This document shows, one piece after another, positions 49,819 through 62,000 of a DNA stretch of 64,000 nt. How positions within the stretch are numbered: the stretch's first letter is position 1; each line of letters begins with the position of its first letter. The translations under genes and the position numbers were made by a program. Location: positions 11,833 to 75,832 of the IMG/VR virus record IMGVR_UViG_3300042154_001567. One strand, given 5' to 3'. This DNA is from a virus. The notes below the pieces were generated by a model. That model had not been told where the DNA came from, ran no database searches, and worked only from the letters and a program-made list of their open reading frames with translations.

Positions 49819-52800
49819 ATGGCAACATACGTACCAGGAGCAGAAACATATTTACCCGACATTAAACCATTTACACCAGACTATAAATTTTTGTCTGCTG
49901 TACTTGATGTCAGAACAGATAAGTATAATACTAATTGGAAGGCAACTAATGATCTTTACAATAAAGTTGTCTATGCAGATTTGTCTAGAACAGATACCAA
50001 AGAACAAAGAGACCAATATATAAATCAATTAGCTCCATCTTTAGAGAAGATCTCAGGGATGGATTTATCATTGGCACAAAATGCAGATTCTGCTAAGTCA
50101 GTGTTCGCTCCATTTTTTGAAGATGATTTAATAGTTAGTGATATAATGCATACTTCTAACTATAGAAAAGAAATGGATTATGCAAATAGACTTATTGATT
50201 CTCCTGATCAAAAGCAAAGAGAAAAATATTCTCAAGATGGAGTAAAAGGTTTACAATATCATATGGAGGATTTTATTAACTCTTCTCCTGATAAAGCAAT
50301 TAAAATGGGATTACCTAAGTTTGTTGAAGATGCTGATTTATTTGAATTAGCACAAGAAACATTAGGTGCAATGAAACCTCCTTTAAAAGTAAAGGTAGAT
50401 CATTATGGTATGAATCCCAATGGTACAGTAAATACTGATTGGATTATTACAGAACAGAATGGTAATTTAGTTACTGGTCCTGCATTACAATATATTCAAA
50501 AAGCTTTATTAGATGATCCAAGAGTTGTTAGACATTATCAAAATCAAGCTTTTGTAAGAGGTAGAGATTTTGCTGCAGAAGGTATGGCTAATGGAATATT
50601 TGCAACTAAAGAAGAAGGTCAAGCTGCTTGGGCATCTGAAACTATTAATAGAATTAATCAACAAAATGAATATTATTTAAAGAAAGATATAAAAGCTTTA
50701 GCTAATGCTCAAGATGTAAATGTTAGATGGGATAACTATAAAATAAGTAATGGTGTTGTTCCGGGTTCAGATGATGAAAAAGCAATGCTTGCAGAACGTT
50801 CATCTTATGAAGCTACTAAAGCAGCTTTAGATGCAAAGTTTAATATTCAAAAAACAGCTAATGCACCCGTTAAAGATTTTGAAGGAACATTAAATAAAGC
50901 TTATAATCTTTTAATGCAAAATAATATAGCTAAAGATATGCAAGCTGCTGCTCAAGCTTATGGTGCTAGAGATATGGAGTATACTATGAAAGTTAATGAG
51001 TATGCTAAACAACAAAAGCAGTTTCAATTTGATATGGCTAAAGTTACACAACAACATTTAAATGCAATTGAGTTAGCTAATATTAAAGGTTCAATTGATT
51101 TTGAATTGGCAAAAGCAAAAGGTGAACTTGTATCTCAAAATCCTTTATTAAATACATTATTAGGTGGTGAAGCTTCTATTGGCGATGCTAGAAATACAGA
51201 ATTTAAAGTAGGTCCAGATGGATTGCCTGATCCAAATACAGAAATGTATACTAAATTAATTATTGATTATGATAAACCAAGAAACGAAGCTAGAGATAAA
51301 CAACTTAATGTTTTAACTAATGTATTAACATTTTTAAATCCTGCAGGAGATATAGATAATTCTGGTAAACCTACACAAAAGTATACAGTAAAAGTGGAAG
51401 GTAAAGATTTTATAGGAACAATTGATCAAATAAAAAATAAACTTGGTACAAAAGACGAAAAGGGTAATTATATATATGCATCTGATATAGATAATTTGTA
51501 TCAACAACAATCTAAAATATTAGATGATCCAAAACAAATGGCTAAGTATCCAGGTAAAGGTAAGACCAAAACTTATGATGATTTGTATAAACAAATATAT
51601 TCTGATAAAGGTCTTAATACAACAATTGAAGTACTTGATAAAACATTTCAAACTGTATCTAATAAATATAAAAATACTCATGATAAAGCTATAGAATTAG
51701 TTAAAGGTGAAGATGCTAACGTTAAATCTTTAATGGAAAATGCAGGTATGCCGGGAATATATAAAACACTTCCTAGTGGTGTACAACGTGAATTAACTAA
51801 ACCTGAATATATTAATAATGTAATATCACTTATTAATCAAGGAAAAGTTAAAAATATAGATTTAATTGGATGGGATACTGGTACTAGTAATAGCAAGTAT
51901 ATGCATACTGTTAAAAAAGGTACAGGTCAATATTATACTGTTAGAGATGGTCAAGGTGGTACTGAACAAAGAGAACGTATGACAACAGTTACCGAATTAG
52001 ATAAAGCTGCTATTGAAGCTGAAGCTGGTTTAGTATATGATAAAATTAAAGCAAAAACTAATAGTGCTTTAACAGGACATCTTGGTGATAAATTTGAAAC
52101 AGGAACATTTAAAGGTACTTTGTATGGAAGAACTGGTGCTTCTGATATGACTATATCACCAGTTTATAAAGCTATCATAGATCCTTTATCTGCTACATCA
52201 GAAGGTCAAGCTACCTTAGCTCAAATGATTACTCAAAAAAAGATGTTAGATTCACAAGGTGGTGGCTATACAATGGTACTTGGTAATTTATCAGATAAAA
52301 AAGATAGTAAATCTATAGTTAATGATGCATTAGCTACTAAAGCATATAATGCATATATATCAGATATGACAACATGGTTAGGTAATCCTAAACGTAGTAA
52401 TACAGCGGGTATTACACCAAGAGCAAACATTATATATTCTGGTACAATGGGTCCTGCAGGAGAAGGTGATAAAACTACAGCTGGTTATACTATTGATGGA
52501 TTTAATGAATGGTTATCAAGTAAAGTTAAAGGTTCAGTAACAGAAGCAACTGGTGCTGCAGGAGAATATGGTTTATTTAGCAAATCTGAAGTAGATCAAT
52601 TACAAAATGGAATTAGTATGGTGTTTGATAAAAAACAAGATATCAATCCTAGATCAGAACGTAATCAATATTATTCAAGTACGTTGTCAGCTATTGAAGC
52701 TAGTCCTGAAAAATTTGTAGAATATAATTATCCTGGAGTAGATGGTATGACACCAACTGCATCATATAGAATTGTAAAAACAGGAACTGATCAGTTTTAT

Positions 52801-53007
52801 GCTACATATAAATATAGTACTTATCAACCTAATGGAACTTATAATACAAGTGATTGGCAACAAGTTCCAATAGAAATGAGTTCTTTTAATGCAGCTCAAT
52901 CAATTGATGAACAAGTAAGAAAATTACAAGAATCATTTGAAATTAAAAGGCAATTAAACTTAGAGGATTATAATAGAAATTCTGCAGTTAAAGGCAGAAA
53001 AAATTAA
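49819..53007 (+). CDS. Large internal virion (cargo or ejection) protein
   Basis: 1062 aa, MATY...PFTPDY N terminus; directly precedes the RNAP gene. Confidence 0.7.
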   Translation: MATYVPGAETYLPDIKPFTPDYKFLSAVLDVRTDKYNTNWKATNDLYNKVVYADLSRTDTKEQRDQYINQLAPSLEKISGMDLSLAQNADSAKSVFAPFFEDDLIVSDIMHTSNYRKEMDYANRLIDSPDQKQREKYSQDGVKGLQYHMEDFINSSPDKAIKMGLPKFVEDADLFELAQETLGAMKPPLKVKVDHYGMNPNGTVNTDWIITEQNGNLVTGPALQYIQKALLDDPRVVRHYQNQAFVRGRDFAAEGMANGIFATKEEGQAAWASETINRINQQNEYYLKKDIKALANAQDVNVRWDNYKISNGVVPGSDDEKAMLAERSSYEATKAALDAKFNIQKTANAPVKDFEGTLNKAYNLLMQNNIAKDMQAAAQAYGARDMEYTMKVNEYAKQQKQFQFDMAKVTQQHLNAIELANIKGSIDFELAKAKGELVSQNPLLNTLLGGEASIGDARNTEFKVGPDGLPDPNTEMYTKLIIDYDKPRNEARDKQLNVLTNVLTFLNPAGDIDNSGKPTQKYTVKVEGKDFIGTIDQIKNKLGTKDEKGNYIYASDIDNLYQQQSKILDDPKQMAKYPGKGKTKTYDDLYKQIYSDKGLNTTIEVLDKTFQTVSNKYKNTHDKAIELVKGEDANVKSLMENAGMPGIYKTLPSGVQRELTKPEYINNVISLINQGKVKNIDLIGWDTGTSNSKYMHTVKKGTGQYYTVRDGQGGTEQRERMTTVTELDKAAIEAEAGLVYDKIKAKTNSALTGHLGDKFETGTFKGTLYGRTGASDMTISPVYKAIIDPLSATSEGQATLAQMITQKKMLDSQGGGYTMVLGNLSDKKDSKSIVNDALATKAYNAYISDMTTWLGNPKRSNTAGITPRANIIYSGTMGPAGEGDKTTAGYTIDGFNEWLSSKVKGSVTEATGAAGEYGLFSKSEVDQLQNGISMVFDKKQDINPRSERNQYYSSTLSAIEASPEKFVEYNYPGVDGMTPTASYRIVKTGTDQFYATYKYSTYQPNGTYNTSDWQQVPIEMSSFNAAQSIDEQVRKLQESFEIKRQLNLEDYNRNSAVKGRKN

Positions 53008-53015
53008 AAAATCAC

Positions 53016-53024
53016 TACATTTAC
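53016..53024 (+). promoter_or_regulatory. TACATTTAC promoter-like element (identical copy at 34114-34122)
   Basis: TAnnTTTA variant of the Bacteroidota -7 element, upstream of two operon starts. Confidence 0.45.
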
Positions 53025-53048
53025 AAAAAATAATTCAGGTACTAATAC

Positions 53049-56000
53049 ATGGAAAATCAAATTGAAAATAACAGTTTAGATCAAACAATTTTAAATAATC
53101 AAGTTACAGAAAGTGTTATTCCAAAAGATAATTCATTTCAACCTGTAATGGATATGTTTGATAGTGAAGAAAATAATGCTCTTATGAGCAGAATAGATTT
53201 AGCACAGTTACAACAACTTGATGCATTAAAGCCATTAATTGATACAACAGGAATTAGATCAAATGGAAATGCAGCCGCAAGAAGACCTACATTATCTTCT
53301 AATACATTTGATCCGGTTCTTCAACAAAATCCACCAAATATAAATGAACCGGGTGGATTTGAAAGAATAGTAGAACAAAATGTAAAAGCAGGTTTTCAAA
53401 AAAGTCAAGGAAATATTGCGCCTGGAACAGGTGTAGCTGCTCCTGCTTTTGCGGGAATGGTGCAAAGTAATTTCATGCGTTATTATGAGCATCCTGAATT
53501 TCAAAAATTAGGATGGAAACCATTTGCAGATAATGAAGCATACTATAATGCTAACTCAACCATCTATGATGATATGAGTAGAATGTGGGGTCAGTTTGGA
53601 AGTTTAACCGGAACAGGATTTATGGGTGGATATAGATCTATTGGATCTATGTTTACTGGTGAATCAATGACAACAGATTTAAAATCTGCTAATGAGTTTG
53701 AAGATGCAATGGCAATTGGTAATTCAACTAGAGGAGGTGCTTTAGGTTTTACAAATAATTTATTATTAAATTCTGCATACACAGTAGGTATTATTGGTTC
53801 AATTGCAGCAGAAGAATTAGCATTAGCGGCTTTAGAAGTAGGAACATTTGGTGGTGCTACTCCATTATTAGCAACAAGAACTACAGCTAATGCTGAAAGA
53901 CTAGTAAGAAGTATTGGTCAAGCTACTACAGTTGGTAGACTCTATAGTGCAGGTAGAGGAATGATGACTGCATTAAAAGGTGTTGATGCAGCAAAAGATT
54001 TTTGGTCTATTGCCAGAGCTGGTGGTAAAATGACTGCTGGAATATTTGCACCTGAAACATTAGCTGCTGTTAAAAGATTAAAAACTACAGAAGTAGTAGC
54101 ACAAAACTTAACTAATATGGCTAAAGCATCTGAGTATGCTGGAGCATTTTATAGAGATGCTAGAGCTTTAAATTTAGCATTATCAGAAAGTAAACTTGAA
54201 GGAGGTATGGTCTATAATCAATTGGTTAAAGATGGTATGGATATTAAATTTGCTGAAAATAATGGTAACCCGGTTACTACAGAACAAGTTGCAGATATTC
54301 AAAATAATGCACACAAAGCTGCATTTGCAACTACAATGACAAACATGCCTGTAATATACTTGACTAATAAATTAGTTTTAGGTAATTCATTAGGAGGTTT
54401 TAACAAATCATTGGGTAGAATATTTAATGAACAAGCAAAAGGTATTGGTAGTAGAATTATTAAAACTGCACAAACTGTTGGAAAAGATGGTGTAAAATCA
54501 TTATCTCCATTTAAAGATGCTGGTACAGGACTTAAAGGATTAGCCACAAGACTTGCTAATGCAGGAGTTAAAGGTAATTTAACAAAATTAGGTCAGGGTT
54601 CATTAAGATATTTTGCAGCAAATTTAGGAGAGGGTGTACAAGAACTTTCTCAGGAAGCTATTTCATCGGGTACTAAAAACTATTATACTTCCGTATTAAA
54701 AGATCCAATGAATGGAGGACCTGAATTGTTTAATGCTTCAGTTAAAGCTGGATTAGGTCAACAAGTTTCAGCTCAAGGATTTGAAACATTTATGTCAGGA
54801 TTTTTAATGGGTGGTATAGTTTCTATACCGCAAAAATTATTTTTCCAAGGTGTACCTGCTTTATATCAAAGAGTTTCTGATCCAGAAAAGTATGCTGAGT
54901 ATAAACAAAAAAGAGATAACCTAGTTAAATCTACAGTTAATACTTACAACGCTGTTTGGAATGCACAAGCACAAGATCCAAGTTCAATTTTTGATCCTAA
55001 AAGATTTAATTTTCTACAACAAAAGGCAGCAGCTCAGGGAAAGACATTAGCATCTATTGCTATGGATAGATTTTATTTTACTGATGAAACTGATTTTGCT
55101 AAATTTAATCAAATACATACTGTATTAGTTTCTGGTGGTGCTGCTTTATTTCAAGATCAATTACTTGATTATATGAAAATGTCTGATGAAGATTTAGCTA
55201 CAGCTTTTCCTTCAAGCAAAAAAGATATTAAGAATGGAAAGATTAGAGAACGTCTTCAAAGTATGGTCAATCAAATTGACAAAACTGAAGAAGTATATAG
55301 TCAATCAAAAGATAGATATCCAAATCCATTTATACCTGAAGCTTATGAAAAAGATTCAAGACAATACGTAGAAGAAAAAATAAAACAAATTGCATTTGAG
55401 CATGCTAGATATCTTTATATGTTCACTCAAGATGGATTCACTAGAGCATTAGAAAGATCAAATAGTATATATCAAAGTTTAGCATCTGATCCATTGTTTG
55501 ATAAAATGGCAGCAAGTGATTTAACTGTATTGTTAGATCAAGAATCTATTGATAAAGAAATAGCATTTTTAACTGAGGAAATTAAAATTTTAGATGGAGA
55601 TAAAAGTAATAAAAGCAAAATAAAAGAAAAAACAGACAAAAAAGAAAGATTATCCGCATTTAAAAATGTATTACTAGAAAATCAAACTAAAGATGGTTCT
55701 TTTGATAAAAGAAAAATGGGTGCACTCAGAAAAGAATTTGAAAATTATATTAAACATATGGCTCAAACATCTGGTACATTTGTAAATAAAGATAATATTG
55801 ATGCTGCATTAAAACAAATTATAGATTATACTGCATTACAAGGTAGAGCTAAACTTTATGATAAAGCAATTGAGTATTTAAATGATCCTCAAAAGTTTGA
55901 TCTTGTATTTGAAAGAACATCTGAAGTATTAAAAGAACAATACAAAAACAGAAAATCAATATTTGAACAACAAGTAAGTGATTATATTGGTATAATTGAA

Positions 56001-59000
56001 AGAAATGAATTAGCCAATCAAATTGCAAAAGCAGGATTTATTCCCAATAATGAGCAAATGCAAATGTTTTTAGAAACTGGAGACACCAAATATTTAAAAA
56101 TATTTTATAATCAAAAAGGTGAACAATTAGGTATTTTAGACAGACAAGATCTAGAAGATATACAAGCATTATTAAATGACTATGAACAAACTAGACCTGA
56201 TAAAAAAATAGAAGAAGTTAAAACAGATGAAGAAGTAGCAGAAGAAAGTAGGTCTGATGTAGATGATATATTAGCTGATATAAACATTGAAGTTTCAGTT
56301 AAAGATTCAGTTGTATTAGATAATACAATGAAAAAAGCCTATGCTAAATATGCAGCTAAACAAACTGTTGCTGGTAAAAAACCAATCACTTTAGATAAAT
56401 GGATCAATAGTGAAGATGGTAAAAATCATAGAGTTGCATTTATTGCTGTTAAGAAAATTTGGATTGATAATGATACATTAGTAAATCCAAATAACCCGTT
56501 AACTGAAGTAGAAATTCAAAATGAATCTGGGTTAATACCATGGTTACAAAGTCAAGAAGGTAAAACAAATGACTTAGTACAGAACGTTGTTAATGCATTA
56601 GGATTAACTATTGATGATATTACAGGCCAAACTGAATCGTTACCTAGTGAAGGAGAAGCTGTTGAAGGAAATAAGAATATAACAATAGTTAAGAAAGGTA
56701 ATGCTGTTTCATTAATTGAACTAAAGACTGTTGACTCAGAAGGGAATATAAGTACTTCATATCAATTGGTTGATCAATATAAGCAACCATTAGATGAAGA
56801 AACATTAAATAGATTTGGTGTTCCTGCATTTGGTATCTTTATTGAAAGTGACAAAGTTAAAGCATTATCTATACAAAAAGCTATTGATGGTGCAGCACCA
56901 GATATTACTACATTTGTTTTTGATGATGTAGAGTTAAACTATGGTCAACTTGTCTATGATCAAACAGGTAAAGAATTTATTGTAGTAAGTCAACCAAAAC
57001 AAATTGGTACTGAACGTAAATTATTAGTAGTACCATCTGATGAAATCAGTCCTTCAATAGAAGAAACTAAAAAAGCCACCATTAATGTAATGCCTGGTGA
57101 ATTTAAAGCATCATTTAGTATTCAAGATTTAGATCTTAAAGTACTACCGCAAAGCGTTAGTAGATTGAATATAAATGAACCTATTCAACCTTATGCATAC
57201 AGAAATAAAGATGCTGTTACTAATCAATGGTTAGAAAGTCCAGAACAAGCAATTGCAAGATATAACTTAGTTATGTCTGTATTGTCTCCTGAAGATCTTA
57301 ATGAATTAGAATTAGTTGTTACATTAGATCCTGAAGGTGGATTAAACAATGGATATTTAATTATTCCTGGTTTTAAAGAAGCAAATCCATATATTCAAAC
57401 AATAACTGCAAACTACTCTGTAGGAATTAGAACTTCTAATCCTATTGTACAAGCTAAGATTGATGCTGCTATTGAAAAGAATGGTTTAAACAAAAGTAAT
57501 GCATTAAATGGTGTTTTTGGTTTTATGCAAAATACCAATTTTATAATTACTAATTCTCAGGGTACTGTTATTAATCCAGCTACCATGACAGTAGAAGAAT
57601 ATAAAAATATAGTTTATGTTCCTGCAGGAATGGATGTAAATAGTGAAGAAGATTTAAAACGTGCTCAAAATAACTTTGCATTAAATAATTTATTAAGTTC
57701 TGCATTACCTGAGTTAGTAGCAAATAATCCTGATGGAGTTATTCCATTTTCTGAATTACCAAATGGTTTATCTTTTATTTCTAAACCAGGAGTAACAATG
57801 TATAATAAATCTCCAAAGCCATTAGTAGATTTACAATTTAGTGCTGCTGATGAAGAAGGTAATTATTTAATTTATCAATTAGAAAATAACAAAGGAGGAG
57901 CAAGAACTAAAGTTGCTATATCTAATCTTGAAGGTGAAGAAAGAAGACAACTAATAGATAGAGTTGAAGAAAGTTTAACTAAACAAGGATTGTTAGATAG
58001 TATTACAAGTTTGACAGATGCCTATGTAGCTGCAGTATTATTACCTGATGGAACATATGCCTTAGCAAATTTAAAAGCTAAATCAATTGATTTAAATGCT
58101 AAGTTCCTTGAATTATTAAATAGAGCTGAAACAACTTTAGTTGATAATCCAGAATCAAATCCTGAAAAATTTGATAAAAGATTTAATATTGATTATAACA
58201 AAGCATTAAGAAGTGAATTATTTATAAGTGCTAAACCTGGTTATAGACTTTCTTTACAAGTAAGTCCATGGGGTAAAATTGAATTAGAAATTTCTGATTC
58301 AAATAATAAACAAATAGGTATAGTTAGATTAAATAAAACTGACATTTCAAATAAAGATCTATCAGTTGATGATAAAGTTAAATTATTATTAGATAAATTT
58401 AATGAATTACCTGCAGTAGTTGCTGCTGATGTAAATATTACAGCTGCAAATTTTAGATCTTCATATTCAAGAGAGGCTGGTGTTCAAGAGATACTTGATA
58501 AAACAACAACGCAAGTTGCACCACAAGTAGTGTCTCCTAATGTAATTCAATTATCTGCAGATTCTTCAGCTATTCAAGCTGCTAGAAATATTCCTGTAGT
58601 TCAACAAACAGCTTTTGTTCCAACAGAAATTGTTTTAGATATAGAAGCAGCAGAAAAAAGAATTGAAGCAGAAAAAAGAAGACAAGAAGAAAAAGCTAAT
58701 ACTGTTGATACAGAAAACATTAATCCTGAAGATATTAATGTAGATGATATTAATGCATTAAGAAATGGTGTTAGATTAAATAAATTAGAAGTTGTTAAAG
58801 AACAATTAGAAACTCTTAAAGCACAACTTACTGAAGGATTGGTTGGATCAGCTAAACGTGTAGCTACTCAAAAAAGTAAAGAGTATCAAGATCTTTTAGC
58901 TCAAAGAAAGAAATTAGAAAGTGAAGCTAATAAGATAGTTTCTGTTGAAGATGCTATTACTGATGCTGAAGATATTGCTGTATTTACAGCATGGACTTCA

Positions 59001-62000
59001 GATAATCTTCCAAGTTTTATAACATTAGAAGATATTAAAACATTAGCTGATAATCTTAAAGCTGGTGGTGTACGTGTTGGAGCATTTGTATTAAACCTTA
59101 ATAATATAGGTGGAGGATTAACTGTTAATGGTACATTATTTACTGGAGCTAAATCACCATTTAAATATCATGAAGCATTCCACGGTGTATTCAGAATGTT
59201 ATTAACTGATGCAGAAATTAAAAAATATTTAGCAATTGCTAGAAAAGAAGTAAGGGCAAAATTAAGAGCAGAAGGTAAAAGCTTTAAAACTGAGTTAGAA
59301 AGATTCAGAAATTCAGCTAATACTTATACTAATATGAGCCCTGAAAGATTAGAACAAGAATATTATGAAGAATATTTAGCTGATGAATTTGAAAAATTTA
59401 AAGCAAATGCAAAGTCAACTCAAACAGATTCTACTGTTAAGTCTTTATTCACTAGAATTATGGAGTGGATTAAGTCTGTATTCAAATCCTTTACTAAGAA
59501 TGAATTACTTACTTTATTTGAAAACATTGATGCAGGTAAATTTAAAAATGCGTCAATAAGTCAAAATCAGTTTGTTACTAGTTTGATGACTGGTATATCA
59601 TTAGAAGCTAATGCATTACTACCATATGATACAGAACAAAATGCTAACAATAAAATTGGATATTATTTCTTAGATAGTGCTATTGCTGAACCTTTGGTTT
59701 CAAGTATAGCAGCTATGTATATACAAGAAATTGCAAAAGTAAAAGATCCAAATGTTAAACGCGGAGACATACTTGAAAATGTTTTAAATGATTTTGCTGC
59801 TTTATATGATGAAGAAACTGAAGCAAATCAAAAACTTTCAGATGAACAAAAGAAATTTTTACCTCAAATTAATGACGTGTTTTATAATTTTTCTGATGAG
59901 TTAAAATCTGAAGTTTATAAAGTATTAAACATCATAACTAAACAAACTCAGGAAGAAGAATACAATAACGAGTATTTTGAAGAGCAAGTTGGTTTAAGAA
60001 ATGTAGAGCAATATAACATGGATGCTTCTATGATTGGTGGATTTGGTTCTTTATCTGAAGGATTAAGAAGTTACTTAGCTACTACAACTATAGAGGAAAC
60101 AGATTACTTTGGTAACAAAGAATTAAAGCCAGGAGTAAAACTAATTGTTCCAATTAACTTTGTATCTGCTTATAACGGATTATTAAAAGCTGTTAAGAAT
60201 ATTGATGATCCTAAAAAGATGTTACAGAATATGTACTTCTTTGGATTAGATAATCCTCAAACTGGTGCCGTTGTAACAAGATTATTGCAAGACTTTGGCA
60301 TATCTGTTGATACATTATTAGAGTCAGGTCCATTACCTACTGAGATTAAAAATGGTTCTTTATTTCAATCTATTGTAAAAGGATTTACAACCTTTAGAGT
60401 AGACTACTTATTTGTACAAAGAGATAATGCTGGTGCAGTATTAATTTATTCTGCTGCTCAAAGAGATGATATTAATTCACAATTAGAATCATGGTCTCAA
60501 GCTTGGGGTCAAGCCGAAAAGAAAATTAAATCTGATGCTAAAGTTAAAAATGAAACTATTAAAATATTAGAAGATTTTGCAAGTTATTTAAAACCTAGTG
60601 ATACAAAACTTACAGGTCCAAAATTATCTGAGTTATCTTCTAAATATTCACAAGATATTTTTAGACTTACTGGTATTAAGTTAAGTAAGCAGTTTATTGC
60701 ATTTAGTATTGCATCATCAAGAAATAATCCTACAGTTGCACAGGCAGCATTATTAAATGCTAATTCTGAACAAACACCAATGACCTATAGTGATATTCTT
60801 GAAATAAATAAATTAATTCAACAAGGTAATGATATCTTTAGTGAAGGAGAAACAGGAGCTAGTTCTAGACTTAGAACATTAGCAATTCAAAATGCACCGT
60901 TTGATGAAACAATTGGAGCATCTGTATTCAAAAATCCTGAAGGTAACTTAGTATATGCTCATCAATTACCTACTTATCATTTAAAAAGAATACAAGAGTT
61001 AAATGATGTAGCAGAATTAGAACGTCTTAAAGATTCTGATCCTTACTTGGCTAATAACTTCTTATTGAATAGCGATGCATTTATACAAATGTCTGCAGAA
61101 AATAGACAAAAGGTATTAAGAGTAGCGGGAAGTAGTGTTGGTAAAATTAATAGTACTGAAGAAGAACTTAATGATAAAATCTCAGGTCTATCTAATAAAT
61201 CAACTTATGGTAATTATACACCACAGGAATTTGCATTGAGTATACTTAATACATATACTGCATTATTAAATACTAAAAGTAATAAAGTAGATTCAGTTGA
61301 ATACTTTGATGACAAATTAAATAAAACAGTTAAAGCTGCATTAGCTCCAATTCTCATTAGAGTTTTAGAAGCATCTAATACTGGAGATTTAATGTATCTA
61401 CCTGTGGTTAAAGCTGTTAAGTTTGAAAAACCAGGTGGTGGTAAAGTTGTATTGACTGATGAAATACTAGATGCATTTACAAATAATATTGAAAGTGAGT
61501 ATGATAGAATCAGAAGAGAAGAATCTGCTAGAGTTATACGAGAGTTAAATCCTTTAACTGCTGATCAAAATACTCAACTTGGTTACAATACTGAAGATGG
61601 TAGAGCATTTCAATTAATAAATACAGGTTTATTACTTACTCCAGAATTAAAAGCTTCTTTAGAAGAAATTGCAAAACGTAAAGATGCTCCATTATTGAAG
61701 GAGGCTTTAAAAGAATTAAATGTAACTACCAATGCTTTTAGAGCTATTGTTAATACTCAGTTAGAAAGTCAATATGATATCTTTTCTAAAGGCTTAGTAG
61801 ATTTAAAAATTGAAGATCAATTAGGTAAAAGTATTACTAAAGGTTTAGTTACTACAGGAAAAGCTGATCAAAATTTAATTGAGTCAGCTGAATTACTTAA
61901 TCTTACTTATGATAAAGAATATAACTTAAAACAAATATTTTTTAATGACTGGATCAATACAGCCTCTATAAATGATGTTCTTTTGGGTGACCAAGCTATT

